Positions 1 through 13,041 of a DNA stretch of 64,000 nucleotides are shown one piece after another. The position numbers and the translations under genes are program-made. Within the stretch, counting starts at the first letter, position 1. Every line of letters begins with the position of its first letter. The stretch is from Eledone cirrhosa (lineage: Eukaryota). The stretch lies in contig OZ024742.1 in assembly GCA_964016885.1 (NCBI GenBank), positions 69,688,001-69,752,000 on the forward strand, given 5' to 3'. The notes beneath the pieces were generated by a model. The model searched no databases. It was not told the DNA's origin and saw only the letters and a program-made list of their open reading frames with translations.

Positions 1-2890
1 TTGTGGCAAGAGTATTCAAAGGATATCTGAAAAAGATAATGGATGATGTGGAAAAAGAGGGAATCTTTGGAGCTATAGTTGCTTTTATATACATAATTGA
101 ATTCCAAAAAAGAGGATTGCCACATGCACATTTGCTGGGCATTTTACATAGAGATTGCAAATTGAGATGTGCTGAAGATGTCGAGAGCATTGTGTGTGCT
201 GAACTGCCGGAGAATGAGGCACTACGCAACTTGGTGTCAAAGTCAATGGTGTACAACCAATGCGGAGTGGCAAATCGGAAAGCCCCTTGCATGAAAAATG
301 GCCAATGCAGTAAGCACTTTCCGAAATCTTTGTTACGAACACTTCCTCGAACGATGAGGATGCTCATCCCTCATACAGAAGACGGTTGCCTGCAGATGGC
401 GGTTTGGTCGAAAATGTAAACGGTCGACAGGTTACAAATCAATGGGTTGTGCCATACAATCCATATTTGATTATGAAATATCGTTGTCATATTAATGTGG
501 AAATTTGTAGCTCAGTGAAAGCTTGCAAATATCTATTCAAATATGTTTACAAAGGTCATGATCGGGCAATGATCAATGTCAGGAATGAGCAAGCGAACAA
601 AGGAAATGAAGTTGGCAGGTTCCAGGATGTTCGCCCGATTGGATCTAGCGAAGCTTGCTGGAGATTGTTCGATTTTGATCTCAATGAACGCAAACCCAGC
701 GTTCAGAAACTGATGGTTCACTTAGAGAATAGGCAAATGCTCTGTTTTCAGGGCACTAGAAGAGGTGTCGAAAGAATTGCTAACGCACCACCTCCTAAGA
801 CGGAATTGACTGAGTGGTTCAAGCATAATAGGGAACATGCTTTGAAACCGGATCAAAGGCAACTCTACTGCGATTTCCCTTCGCACTATACGTGGGATAA
901 GAAGGGAAAGAAATGAATGATAGAAAACAAAAGTTGAGAATCATGACTATTGGACGGGTTTGTAATGTCCACCCGCATCTGGTGATGTGTTTTATCTCCG
1001 AATTAAGTTGCATAATGATTTTTCGAGAGGTAAACAGAGCTTCACTGATTTGAAAACAATCAATAGCGTGGAATATGAAACATACCAGGCTGTGTCAGCA
1101 TCTGGGACTCATTCAGGATGACGCTGAATGGAATAACGCCATGGAAGCTGCAGGAACAACACAGATGCCAGCTCAAATAAGGTAGTTGTTTGTCACGATT
1201 CTAGGATTCTGCAATCCTGCCGATCCAAGAGAGTTATTTGAACGCCATTGGGGAATTATAGCTGATAATTTTAAGCATCATCTTCAGGTCGATGATGAAA
1301 ATTTTATGGAAGCTATTCTTTTGCTCAATATTGAGCAACTGCTTGAAGTTCATTTCGAATGTTTAACAGATTTCAATTTGCCAATTCCTGATGAAGAAAT
1401 GCGGCAACGAGATTGCAACGATATTGCAGCTTAGACGGTTGCTACTCGATCGGAGGGAACTATTCCAGTTTGATCCACTGGAACAGCAACGTATTGTGGA
1501 TGAATGTATGCCAATGTTGACCCAATCTCAGAGAGAATTGGTCGATCGCATTCTCCACTCGATTTCCACTAATGAGCAACTTTGTGCTTTCATAGATGCT
1601 CCAGGAGGCACCGGAAAGACATTCTGTTTCAACACTATGTTATCGGCAGTCAGAGCTCAGAGGAAGATTGCTCTCCCAGTGGCCACCAGTGGGATCGCTG
1701 CCACTTTGCTGAGTGGAAGGACCTTCCACTCATGCTTCAAGGCTCCATTGGCTCAGGATGAGTTGAGTGTCTGTAACATTACAGGACAAAGTGAACTCGC
1801 GGGCTTTGTACGCAATACGTCTCTGATTGTTTGAGACGAGGCTCCAATGGCACACAGATATTTGCTGGAGGCATTGGACAGAACTTTGAGAGATATCTGC
1901 GGTAGTGACCTGCCATTCGGTGGTAAGACTGTCGTACTTGGTGGCGATTTCAGACAGGTGCTACCAATTGTTAGGAATGCTCAAACAACGCAAATTGTCG
2001 ATGCATGTCTGAAAAAGTCCCCGTTGTGACGCTATTTCAGAGTTTTGCGATTACACGATAATATGCGACTTTGTATGTTCGGGCAAAACCAAGAGGCTGA
2101 GACATACGGCCGATGGTTGATGCAGTTGGGAAACGATGAATTGCCACACGTTGGTGATAATCAGACTGTAAGTATCCCAGACCATTTGGTCATGCCACTG
2201 GACCGCCAAGCATTGACTGACTGGGTGTTACCTAATTTGAATGCTTTTTGGCAGAATATCTCCTGGATATCGGAACGCGTTATTCTAACTCATACGAATG
2301 CAACGGTCGATGAAATAAATTCACAAGTAGCCGGAATGTTTCCTGGAGAGGAATGGTTGACTGTCAGTGCGAATGCAATGGAGCCTAATCAGCACAACAA
2401 TATGGATGTTCCGACTGAGTATCTGAATTCACTTCAAATACCCGGATTCCTCCCACATATTTTGAGGTTGAAAAAGGGTATGCCGTTTATATTGCTTAGA
2501 AATATCAATCATAAAATGGGTCTTTGCAATGGTACCAGATTGATCGTTGAGAGATTGATTAACGGAAGAGTTTTAGAAGCTAAACTCCCAGGCAGAGAGG
2601 ACTCAGTTCTCATTCCGAGGATCATGCTGAGACCAAGTGAAGATCTGCTGCCATTCATTTGGCAAAGGAGACAGTTTCCAGTCAATTTAGCCTTCTCCAT
2701 GACTCTCAACAAGGCACAGGGACAGACTTTCAAGCGAGTCGGTGTCTACTTGAATGATCAAGCATTCAGCCATGGGCAACTGTATGTTGCTGCATCTCGA
2801 GTGTCCGATCCTGATGGTATAAAATTTGCAATTGATACCACTAACAGAGGAACAACCCTGAATATTGTCTATAATGAAGCTTTGAGCTGA
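1..2890 (+). pseudogene. Helitron Rep/Helicase remnant (HUH Rep + Pif1-family helicase), frameshifted, running off the window start
   Basis: Consecutive ORF fragments carry the Rep motifs EFQKRGLPHAH and YLFKYVYKG, then the Pif1 motifs GGTGKT, DEAPM (just after an in-frame TGA at 1832), [35 protein letters not shown] and FSHGQLYVAASRV. Several stops and frameshifts are present. Confidence 0.95.
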
Positions 2891-2920
2891 TGTATGCATA
2901 TCTTTAATGCTATCAATAAG

Positions 2921-3243
2921 CGACGTAAATGATTCGGACATTGTTGTCCAATGATCAGTATTATGAGCTTTGACAGAGTTATCATTTATGTTCAATGTCA
3001 TTTAATGTCGTTATGAGCAATAAAAACAAACAAGTATTGATAAAAATTGCTTTCACTGCTATGTTGCGCAATAAATACCAACAAGTATTGGTAGAAATTG
3101 CCTTCACTGGTATGAATATTCGACGTAAATGATTCAGACATTGGTGTCCTTTGATCAGTATTGTGAGCTTTGACATTGTTCAATGTCATTTATTGTCGAT
3201 AATGAGCAAAAAGACCAACAAGTATTGGTAGAAATTGCCCTCA
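2921..3243 (+). repeat. Imperfect ~200-bp tandem repeat in the Helitron 3' region
   Basis: cgacgtaaatgattc(g/a)gacatt... starts at 2921 and at 3121; the sub-repeat aacaagtattg..a.aaattgc occurs three times. Confidence 0.75.
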
Positions 3244-3619
3244 AATTTATCGCTTCTGATAGCGGTGGTAATAAAACCTCATCATATGCTGAGTCTGGCA
3301 AAAGGTTTGGTGCCGGCCAGGGCTAGAGTAATATTGAAAAACGATTCTATTTTCGAAGTAGAAGAATCCGCCATTTGGAGTTCAAACCAGGCCACGTCCC
3401 CGAGTTGAACTCTGGGCAATTGACTGTCTATTACTCACTGGCTAAGAGCCTGGAAATTACTGAATAAATGTTTGTGTCATAATTTGTTGTTTTATTATTA
3501 TAGCTGACCACTTATAGATAAGCATGTTATCCATATCCATATTAATTTGACATTTGTATAAACCATTTCAAGTAAATAGGGACCTTTTTTACATTGACGG
3601 ATATCTTTTATATTAATTA

Positions 3620-3978
3620 TCTATATCTATATCTACATATAATATAAAAGATTGGAACTTCCATCATCCTTTTGAGAAACGTGGAACAACCACGTCTATG
3701 CAATGGTACACGTTTTACAGTCAGACAGAAGATGAACCATCTCCTAGAGGTCACTATTCTAGGTGGGAACACCTAGAATTGTTCATATACTATGCACAAA
3801 CGGTACAACGAAGAATCTGGTATATCTGGAAGATTTTTAAAACTATTTTTTGTATCACACAGACACCACGAACTCGCCTCTTACTGCAACCAGACAAACA
3901 TCCAATACAGTCATTTTCTCTTTTACCTGTCTTCTCTTATCATCTGTTTACCCGGGTGAAGCTGGGTATGTCAGCTAG
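3620..3978 (+). mobile_element. Non-autonomous mini-Helitron (~360 bp)
   Basis: 5' end TCTATATCTATATCTACATATAATATAAAA; 3' hairpin acccgggtgaagctgggt followed by atgtcagCTAG; flanked by A (5') and T (3') with no TSD. Confidence 0.8.
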
Positions 3979-4483
3979 TATTGTTGATGTGTGGCTTTAG
4001 TCTAGCTACTAGTATTCTTTCTTTGATTCTAAGGAATGAGATGTTTGCGTCCCAAAGCAATTTACCAGGATATTAATAGTCGATCACTACACATAATAGT
4101 TGAGAAATTGGAGTGAAATACCAGTAGAGACGTAAAAAAGTGGGGATAGGCGCCTGCCAAAATTCGAACACTTTATCTCTCGTGTGCCGTGTTTTTTTTT
4201 TTTGGAAAGAACAATCTTTTATTCAAAATTCAAAATAGCTATACTGGAATATTATACTTCATCGGCAAGTAGATATCTCATTTGGAACCACAGAGAGAGA
4301 ACGACTGTTCTAAAGTGGAATAATACATTTTATAATTGTTTATGTCACCATCCTTAACGTTCATATATATTTGGTATGTTAGATCTTAAGCTATCCTTCC
4401 TAATATCTTAATGAATAAATATCTCGCTAGAAAAAAAATTATGCGCATTTTCAGTAAGCGCTATAAAGCATTTTGTTTCATTA

Positions 4484-4592
4484 ATCCCGCCGAGGTTGAC
4501 TTTGCCTGTCATCCTTACGGGATCGATAAAATAAAGTACCAGTAATACACTGGGATAATTGCTGGCCTTGTGCCAAAAGTAGAAACAATTAT
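4484..4592 (+). mobile_element. tRNA-derived SINE, 5'-truncated copy
   Basis: aatcccgccgaggttgactttgcc...ataaaataaagtaccagtaa...gtagaaacaattatt is shared with about 10 other copies in the window. Confidence 0.85.
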
Positions 4593-5270
4593 TATCTGGA
4601 AGAAAGGCTTTCGCTGGATAAGCTTGGGCTTTAGAAAGTTACATGCAGTTTAGAGAGCCGATATAAGGGTTGTTTGACTATTACAGAACACGTTCCTTTG
4701 TGTATAAATGACGAAAGAAGGTGTGATCTCTGCTCCCAGAAAATTATAATGTATAATTGCAGTCTTTAGTAATTTACAAATGTTGTGTTTTTTTGTTTGT
4801 TTTTTCCCCGCTATCAATCAAATCTCGGTGCACTGTCATATGTTTGTGAATATTCTTCATAAACTGCCGTGTGAGGCAGGAGATCCTTCATAATATTGGT
4901 TTCTTATATTTTTGGTTATATTGGTTTCTTATTAATTCTTATTCTTTGTTAATACCGTGCATTTATAGACTTTATTCGATTCTAGGCATTGGTTATTTAA
5001 GGGGCAGTGACTAGTGACTCAGTTCGTGTTGGTTCCTGAGTTATACTTAGTTGTGGTTAGTTAAGTTGTGTTTCGTTTATAGCTGCTACAACTGGGATGT
5101 TAGTTCTAACATGTTTTACTTAGGATGGACTAAACTATAGATAGGAGGCTTTGTAGGCGATATGTGTACACATGTATGTGTATGTATGTGTATGTATGTG
5201 TGTGTTTGTGAGTATATGATTGTTTGTGAAATAGACTTTGGCACTGTTTGGTGATTATTGTTTCACTATC

Positions 5271-7190
5271 GTTCTTCTTCTTCTTCTTCTTCTTCTTCTT
5301 CTTCTTCTTCTTCTTCTTCTTCTTCTTCTTCTTCCACACAGAATCTTCAAACACCTCGAGACGGGCCAAGCTCATGGATGTTATCCAACCAGCATGCTCG
5401 TGGTCTACTCCTGGGTACCCTGCCAGTTGGTTTTGTACGTAAAATCTGTCCAGCGATTCTTTCATTCTAACCACATGACCATAATATCGGAGCTGTGATC
5501 TCCGAATTCAGAGAAGTAGCGGCTCTATCTGGAGTCACTTTTGAACTAGAACTGCGCCTTCTATCGAGTAATATCACTCCAGAGACCTTTCGGAGAAATT
5601 CCATTTCGAGCGCTTGTATTTTTCTGGTCATTACCCAAGATCCATGATCATACGTAAGTGTTGGCACGAATACCGAACTAAAGATAGCGAGTTTGGCTTT
5701 TACACCTACCCACCTTCTTCTTATTACTGAATGCTGAAGCTAGCGCATTACTGGCCCATCTCCCGCAATTCTAGCACTTAATTCAGCCTCCTGCCTTCCA
5801 TCACTCGTGAACATAGTCCCAAGATACTTGAATTACTTCAAGTGGAAATCCATTCACATGTAGAATGTACTGTGCAGGCTTCTTTGAAAGTTTCTCAGTC
5901 TTTGCAGCATTGACTTCATTCTAGCCATGCAGCACTCGGCATCAAACCTTTCAAGTGCATGTCGGAGATCACCTAACGAGTTAAGTAATATAATGCGGTT
6001 TGCAAATTCCAGTCGACTGATCCTACACCTGCCAGTCGTGATACCACTTCTGACCCGGCTGCGTATGTCAATCCGATTCATGGAAATAATGAACAGGGTA
6101 GCTGACAGTACGCCTCTCTGGCGGAGTCCGATTTCCACATTGAATAGTTTCGATTTAGCACCATTTATCCGAGCACAAAGACTTGGACATTCGTATAGAG
6201 ACATCAGGGTAACAGTAGCTGTACATTGATCTCATACTCCCGCAATACCTTCAACAGCAGGTCCCGAGGAACAACCTCCCTGCATATTTTTGTCAGACAC
6301 TTGGCATAGATTTACCGGAGAGTCTTAACAAGGATATCTATTTGTAATTGGAACAATCTTTCTCGTCTCGTGGAATGTGTTTATATGCCATTTCCAGCTC
6401 TACAAATAAAAGGGACACCATTTGGCAGTACTTCCATTATTTCTCAAAGACGTGCTGCAGTGTGAACATTTGATCGGCTATGCGTCCGGTCGAAAATTAC
6501 TCTGCTCATCAGCTAGCTTTGACAATCCCCCTACATCTCCTTGCCAGACACTTAGCATAAACTTTACCGAGGAGGCTTATAATATATAATTGAAGCAATG
6601 ACTTGTCTTCCTTTTTCAAAATTGAGTTTATCACTTGCAATTGCCATTGCTTAGGTACCTTTCCAGAGATCTGGTCCAGTCGACACACAAGAATCAGCCA
6701 GAAAATACCTTCTCTGTTTAAGGCTTTTAACATCTCGGACCGAATTTCATCTTATGACCTCAGCCTCTGAGAGATTAGTCTTCGCTTCCAGATCCACTTT
6801 GTGTATATCAGAAGATGTTGTTCTGATCTGTTTAGGGGAATAGCAAAGTATTCTCTCCACATTGCAAGGGTGTGCCTCCCTAAAGGGAGGAGAACCCTTG
6901 ATAGATATGGAGAAGCACTTCTTATTTCAAAGTCTCTGTGTGGTCTACCAGATCTGAAATCGGATTCCAGCTTAACCCCAAAGCCTTTGCTGTCTCTGTT
7001 GCGATTATTCGTGCCTGCTTGTACCGCTAGTGCAAAAGGAGGACTTATTATCAAGCCAAGCTTTGTAGGTCTTCTTTGCTCCGATGACTTCTTTGACCTC
7101 TTGGCTAAACCAAGAGCCTCTCCTGCCATGCAGCCACACACCAAACATCTTTCTCCCGCAGCATTTAACTGCTGGAGCAGAAAATTATCT
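5271..7190 (-). mobile_element. Degenerate RTE-like LINE (RT and C-terminus) ending in a (GAA)n tail
   Basis: Minus-strand fragments ISLLGKVYAKCL, GLRQRGVLSATLFII, LEFANRI (decayed FADD) and PTLTYDHGSW..IQALEMEFLRKV. (CTT)n at 5271-5334 sits at the element's 3' end. Confidence 0.8.
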
Positions 7191-7370
7191 TCTTATCATC
7201 TCTTAAATAATTGTCGCATATTTATATATGCATTAATGTCTACTTCTAAACTGGCAAAATTTCAGTCAATGCGTCTTACACGTTTTGTCAAAATGGAATG
7301 AAATATTAGGACAGTCTTCTGATGCGACATGAAGAAAAATTAATTATTACTTATTATTTTATATTAGGAC

Positions 7371-7590
7371 GGTGGATTGGTAATATCGGCAGAGTGTCAG
7401 ACAACATGCTTTGTGGCATATAGTTACGTCACTTTATGTTCTGAGTGAGTTCGAGTCCCGCTGAGATTAGCTTTAACTTTCATCGTACTTGACGATAAAA
7501 TATAGTACCAATAAGACACTGGGGTCGGTTTAATCGACTTTCCCTTTCCTAAAATTGTTGGACTTGTGCCTAAGTCAGAAATCATTATTA
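7371..7590 (+). mobile_element. tRNA-derived SINE (diverged copy)
   Basis: A-box-like tggtaatatcgg, B-box-like gagttcgagtccc, and the shared body ...gataaaatatagtacc...cttgtgcctaa. Confidence 0.75.
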
Positions 7591-7699
7591 TTTTACATCA
7601 TTGTTAATATTTTACTTTTACAGACTGTAACCACAATATATTTTCAATAAAAAGAAAAACAGAAAAAATTAATTGGCAAAAGTAATGGGATATGAGAGG

Positions 7700-8220
7700 G
7701 AGCAGCAGACTCTACATCTCAGTCTAGTTGATATATGTCAACTTCGCCTCGCGGAAAACTGCCGAATTCTTTGCCGTGGAGAAAATCCAGCGACACCTGC
7801 TGCCTCAGTCACCCCACCTAACGTGGCTTCTGCTAGAGGCGGGATACTCTCCTCCCAATTTTGGTGACCGGCACGAAAAGGAAAGTTCTGATATTTGGCT
7901 ATCTTTCTCCCCACCGCATGCGAAAGTTGGCCTCTAGTTTCTTTGTACCTTTTCCGTACAACGCCCAGGTCTCACAGCCATACAAAAGTGCAAGAAGTAC
8001 TACAGCTTTGTACACCATGAGCTTTGTTTCTCTTTTCAAATCTCTATTCTGGAAGACTCTCTTTTTCTTTATCTGTCTTGTATAGAAGATCCTGTCAATA
8101 GTCCCTCTGTTGGAGCAGAATCCACGCTGGCAGTATGTGCTTTGTAAGCACCTACAAGCGTCTTAAGATTATTCTTGTTAACACCTTTCCTGCTATGGAG
8201 AGGAGCAATCTCCTATTTCT
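7700..8220 (-). mobile_element. Decayed LINE (RTE-like) RT C-terminal fragment
   Basis: The minus strand encodes LALLYGCETWAL and GFCSNRGTID-like pieces typical of RTE-clade ORF2. Confidence 0.55.
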
Positions 8221-8829
8221 TTTTTTTTAAGATGGTGATTATCTTAGCGAAATAAGCGTATATAATCTTGTGTCCCGGGTTATTAAACTCCCGTGAGTCT
8301 TAATTAGCGTAAAACATGTGAAAATACTCTAAACGGAAATTAAAAGCCTCCTCCATAATTCTTCATAAGATATTCGCTAGCTGCAATGTATCACCCTGGC
8401 TTGGGAACATTTACAGAGTAAAGGGAATAAGAATATGTGGCTTTCATGACTTTCCAAATATATTTAGACAGAATAAAATGAATTGAATCTTGCTATAAGA
8501 TAGAATTGAAAATGTATCACTTACTCTGGTTGTTAATTAATCTTTTCATCTATGAATCTCTGATCAATAATGGATTATTTCGATTATTTTGCGAGTGTGC
8601 GTGTGTGTTGGTATGAATGTGTGCGCGCGTGAGTGTGTATGCGCGTGTATGTTTGTATGTGTGTGTTTGGGTGTGGTTAACTTTAGTAATTGAATAGCTC
8701 TTTATATTGATACTTAATATAAATGCACATGTCAAGTCCCCAGAGTGTAAAGTGTTTTTTTTTAATCTCCAAGGCAACTGTTGAGTCTGTTATGTATCAT
8801 ACAAACATTATATTATATATTTCGCCGTT

Positions 8830-9012
8830 GAATTGGCAGTATCGGTAGAGGGTTGGACGCCATGCTTTCTAGCATAGTTACGTCCCTTTACGGTTTGAGT
8901 TCAAATCCCGCCGAGGTTAACTTTGCCTTCTATCCTTACGGGGTCGATAAAATAAAGTACCAGTAATGTACTGGTAATTGCTGGCTTTGTGCCTGAAGTA
9001 GAAACAATTATA
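8830..9012 (+). mobile_element. tRNA-derived SINE, full length
   Basis: A box tggcagtatcgg, B box gagttcaaatcc, body gcc..tcatccttacggggtcgataaaataaagtaccag, AT-rich tail. Confidence 0.9.
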
Positions 9013-9434
9013 TTATTTATTTCGCCTCACAATATATAGGAAACATGTTACTTGAACATTATCGGATACTTCATCACTTCAATTGTACAGTATATACATT
9101 TTACCAACACTATAGTAAATGTATCACTACTATATCTTACCTAATGAAGACGACGTTATATACATTGTCTCAACAATACAGGTGTGCCCCCACCCTCACC
9201 CGCCCAAAAAAATTGACATCATTGTTTGACTGTGTTCGAACATATTCTAACACACAAAATGCCTTTTCAATTCTAGCGAACGTCATTCTTCAATCCAAAA
9301 GTAAAGAAAACATTCAACATTAAACTTGATAAGTTTTTACTCATTTTGTTTAAACTTTCAGATCATTTCAGCGAGAATTGGCTATTGGACACTGTATATT
9401 ATATGGATGATTGGAGAACAACATTATATACTCA

Positions 9435-9605
9435 TACAGTATCGGTACGCCATGCTTTGACGCATAGAGTTACAGCCCTTTCCATTCTGAGTTCAAATCT
9501 CGCCGAGGTTAACTTTGCCTTGCATCCTTACGGGGTCGATAAAATAAAGTACCAGTAATGCACTGGGTATTTGCTGGCCTTGTGCCAAAAGTAGAAACAA
9601 TTATA
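9435..9605 (+). mobile_element. tRNA-derived SINE
   Basis: Same body as 8830-9012. Confidence 0.88.
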
Positions 9606-10289
9606 AACTCATACTCACAACTTTATAGCCCAACACTACTATATATTCATCATCACAACAATGTATCACCTACATCACCTCAAAATTATACAATATATGA
9701 CTTCAATGCTATATTATATACATTACACCAACATCATATTATAAGCATAGCGTCAGCATCATATGTATCGGTATGTACCAATCAGAGGGTTTCAGGATTT
9801 CATCTTCCTTGTTTGAATCAATGAACCCTATGTCTGTCTCCCGAATATCACCCACCATTCTCACCTGCATAAGTGTTAAACACATTATAACAGCCGAACC
9901 AACGGACGGACCTTACCGTGGTTACTTTACCTTCTACAAATAGCTGCGAAATCTCTCTCCAATTACATCCTAATCTCTTTAAAATGAAAGACATGTTATA
10001 AAATGTAATCTTGATACAGAATGGTCATAAATAGAATACGCTGTATCATTGTACATCTGGAGGTAAATAACAAAAATAACTTTACTCTTGTCACGTATTA
10101 GTTCTGTAAGTCCATTTAAAAAAGAAATGTTTTTCTACTTCTCTACTTAATTTGTCCCTGAGTAAGAAATTTGTGATTTGGGATGTTTCATGTATAGAAT
10201 AACGGCACCTCATCACATCATATACAAACACTTATATAACCGCGACCACTATAATCACCGCCATTACAACATATATCAGCTCTACTGTA

Positions 10290-11325
10290 GTCAACACCAC
10301 CACTACAAATAGCACTAGCACCACCACTACAAATACCACTACCACCACCACTACAGCCACTACCACCACTACAGCCACTATCACCACCACTACAGCCACT
10401 ACCACCACCACTACAGCCACTACCACCACTACAGCCACTATCACCACCATTACAGCCACTACCACCACCACTACAGCCACTACCACCACTGCAGCCACTA
10501 CCACCACCACTAACACCATTAACGTTATCTATAGTTACTACTGCCACTACCACTACCACCACCACTACAGCCACTATCACCACCACTACAGCCACTACCA
10601 CCACCACTACAGCCACTATCACCACCACTACAGCCACTACCACCACTGCAGCCACTATCACCACCACTACAGCTACTATCACCACCACTACAGCCACTAC
10701 CACCACCACTACAGCCACTACCACCACCACTACAGCCACTATCACCACCACTACAGCCACTACCACCACCACTACAGCCACTATCACCACTGCAGCCACT
10801 ATCACCACCACTACAGCCACTACCACCACCACTACAGCCACTATCACCACCACTACAGCCACTATCACCACCACTACAGCCACTACCACCACCACTACAG
10901 CCACTACCACCACTGCAGCCACTATCACCACCACTACAGCCACTATTACCACCACTACAGCCACTACCACCACCACTACAGCCACTATCACCACCACTAC
11001 AGCTACTACCACCACCACTACAGCCACTATCACCACTGCAGCCACTATCACCACCACTACAGCCACTACCACCACCACTACAGCCACTACCACCGCTACA
11101 GCCACTATCACCACCACTACAGCCACTACCACCTCCACTACAGCCACTACCACCACTGCAGCCACTATCACCACCACTACAGCCACTATCACCACCACTA
11201 CAGCCACTACCACCACTACAACCACTACTACCACCACTACAGCCACTACCACCACGACTACAGCTACTACCACCACCACTAACACCATTAACGTTATCTA
11301 TAGTTACTACTGCCACTACCACTTT
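10290..11325. repeat. 18/21-bp minisatellite (accaccactacagccact) immediately upstream of the GRL gene
   Basis: About 50 units. The spacer aacaccattaacgttatctatagttactactgccactaccact occurs at 10512 and 11281, showing a higher-order duplication. Confidence 0.95.
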
Positions 11326-11576
11326 AACCATCACTACTGCCACCACAGTTGCATCCCTCTCCACTACAACCACTATTACAGATTCTACTACTATAGGTGT
11401 TACAGTCTCCACTATTATTATATACGCTATCACCAGCACCACCACCAATATAGACTACAGTATACATCCACCATCACAGACATTTACATACAGCTACCAC
11501 CACCACCAAAACAACTAACACAACAACAATTACAGCAATCATTTACCCGGTGGCGGCTCCGAGAAGCAGCAAAATA

Positions 11577-12659
11577 ATGGCAAAATGTTCGCCAAACTCA
11601 AGAGTATCAGTTATTTCAGAACACGAACAAAAGAATAATAATTCACAAAGTCAGCATCATACTCCCTCTGTTATCACCAGTGTTGCCTTATCTTTTTGTA
11701 GCACTTCCACTAATATTGACCACAGGCGATCGAAACAAGATCCAAGTAAAGAAATTCTGATGGAAACGCTTAAACCCTTAATATATTTCACACTATTCAG
11801 CGGTCAAGAGATGCGACCTTCAAATTATTTAACCAGGCCTCAACAGAAGTTATTTAAAGTTTTCCAGTGTATTGTTTTTCTATTATTACTTTGGAATCTA
11901 ATGCGGCTATGTATAATGGTAGACACAGAGTTGAGTAAAGGGAAATTTATCGTTTACTTAAACTTCCTGTTCTTCTATTTTGTGGAAATTTTGAATTATG
12001 GCATGAAATTTATCATTAATAATGTGTTTGGCAGAAGATTAATCAAGAAACTCATGACTTATGTTTTTCTGAAGAACCAAGATTATTTCAGGAAATTAAA
12101 GTGGGCCATTAAATTGTCTGTAGTGATTTCAGCTATCGTGATAATCCTTGCTACATCAATTATCCTAATATGCAGTAATAGTGAATTCATGAATACTACA
12201 ATGAACACCTTAACACAAATACCAATATGGAGAAATCCAGTAGCTGAAACTATAAACTACCTACTTTTAAGTTGGTTCATCGCATCTAGGATACTAAGCG
12301 ACGAGATGTTACTTTATTTCCTGGTGAAAATAATATGTTCCGAGCTACATGCACTCACGCAGGAATTGAAGCTGCTAGACGACAAACAAAAAACAACTAA
12401 CAACATTAACAGCAAGTTGATTTATCTTCAGAAGAAATATGAAGAGATAATGGAGCTGTTGGATCGAATCAACACACAATTCTCCATCTATATAGTCACT
12501 CTCTTCTTATTCACTCTTATCATTGCGTGTATGCTGATTTACGTCATATTTCAGACGGATGTGAATTTTGATGAGAAAATGATAGTATCCTCAATGACAG
12601 TAACAAAATCTTTGTTTACAATCTCTGTCCTCTATAGCGGTATCTCAATACAGTTTGCT
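11577..12659 (+). CDS. Gustatory-receptor-like (GRL / 7TM ion channel) gene, exon 1 (N-terminus, TM1-TM6)
   Basis: 361 open codons from ATG 11577 with about six hydrophobic segments. The segment KKYEEIMELLDRINTQFSIYIVTLF matches the GR pre-TM5 pattern. A phase-0 donor GCT|gtacgt lies at 12660. Confidence 0.85.
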
Positions 12660-12894
12660 GTACGTTGATTTATTTTATATTTAAGTATATGTGTATATAT
12701 ATATATACTTTCGTGGCTTTGTATCAAATAGTTATTTATATTGTAAAACATACTCAGATGAAATATAGTCATATAACTATTATATTTATATAATCCAAAA
12801 TGACTATATTTGTTTAGTGCGCCTTTTTTGCTGGCTCTATGGAAAATCAATAGATCCCCAAAATGTTTGTCATCATTTGTATACATGCATACAT

Positions 12895-12947
<53 letters not shown>

Positions 12948-13041
12948 CAAGTGTGAGTAAGTAATTGTCCGCAATTCAATTAGTATTCCTTTCCCGTATG
13001 TATGTGTGTGTGTTTGCGTATATATATATATATATATATAT

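Noticed and set aside
5130-5498. Poly-K, poly-L, poly-F and poly-S ORFs
   Set aside because: Translations of the (CTT)n LINE tail.
8830-8915. tRNA-like A and B boxes
   Set aside because: These are SINE heads with an extended A-B spacing and no cloverleaf, not tRNA genes.
10290-11325. Regular repeat array resembling a CRISPR
   Set aside because: No unique spacers, eukaryotic context and no cas genes.
10218-11448. Long Val-rich and Gly/Ser/Cys-rich ORFs on the - strand, and a mucin-like Thr frame on the + strand
   Set aside because: These are products of a minisatellite whose units are multiples of 3. There is no credible start or signal peptide, and the + frame is not continuous with the GRL frame.
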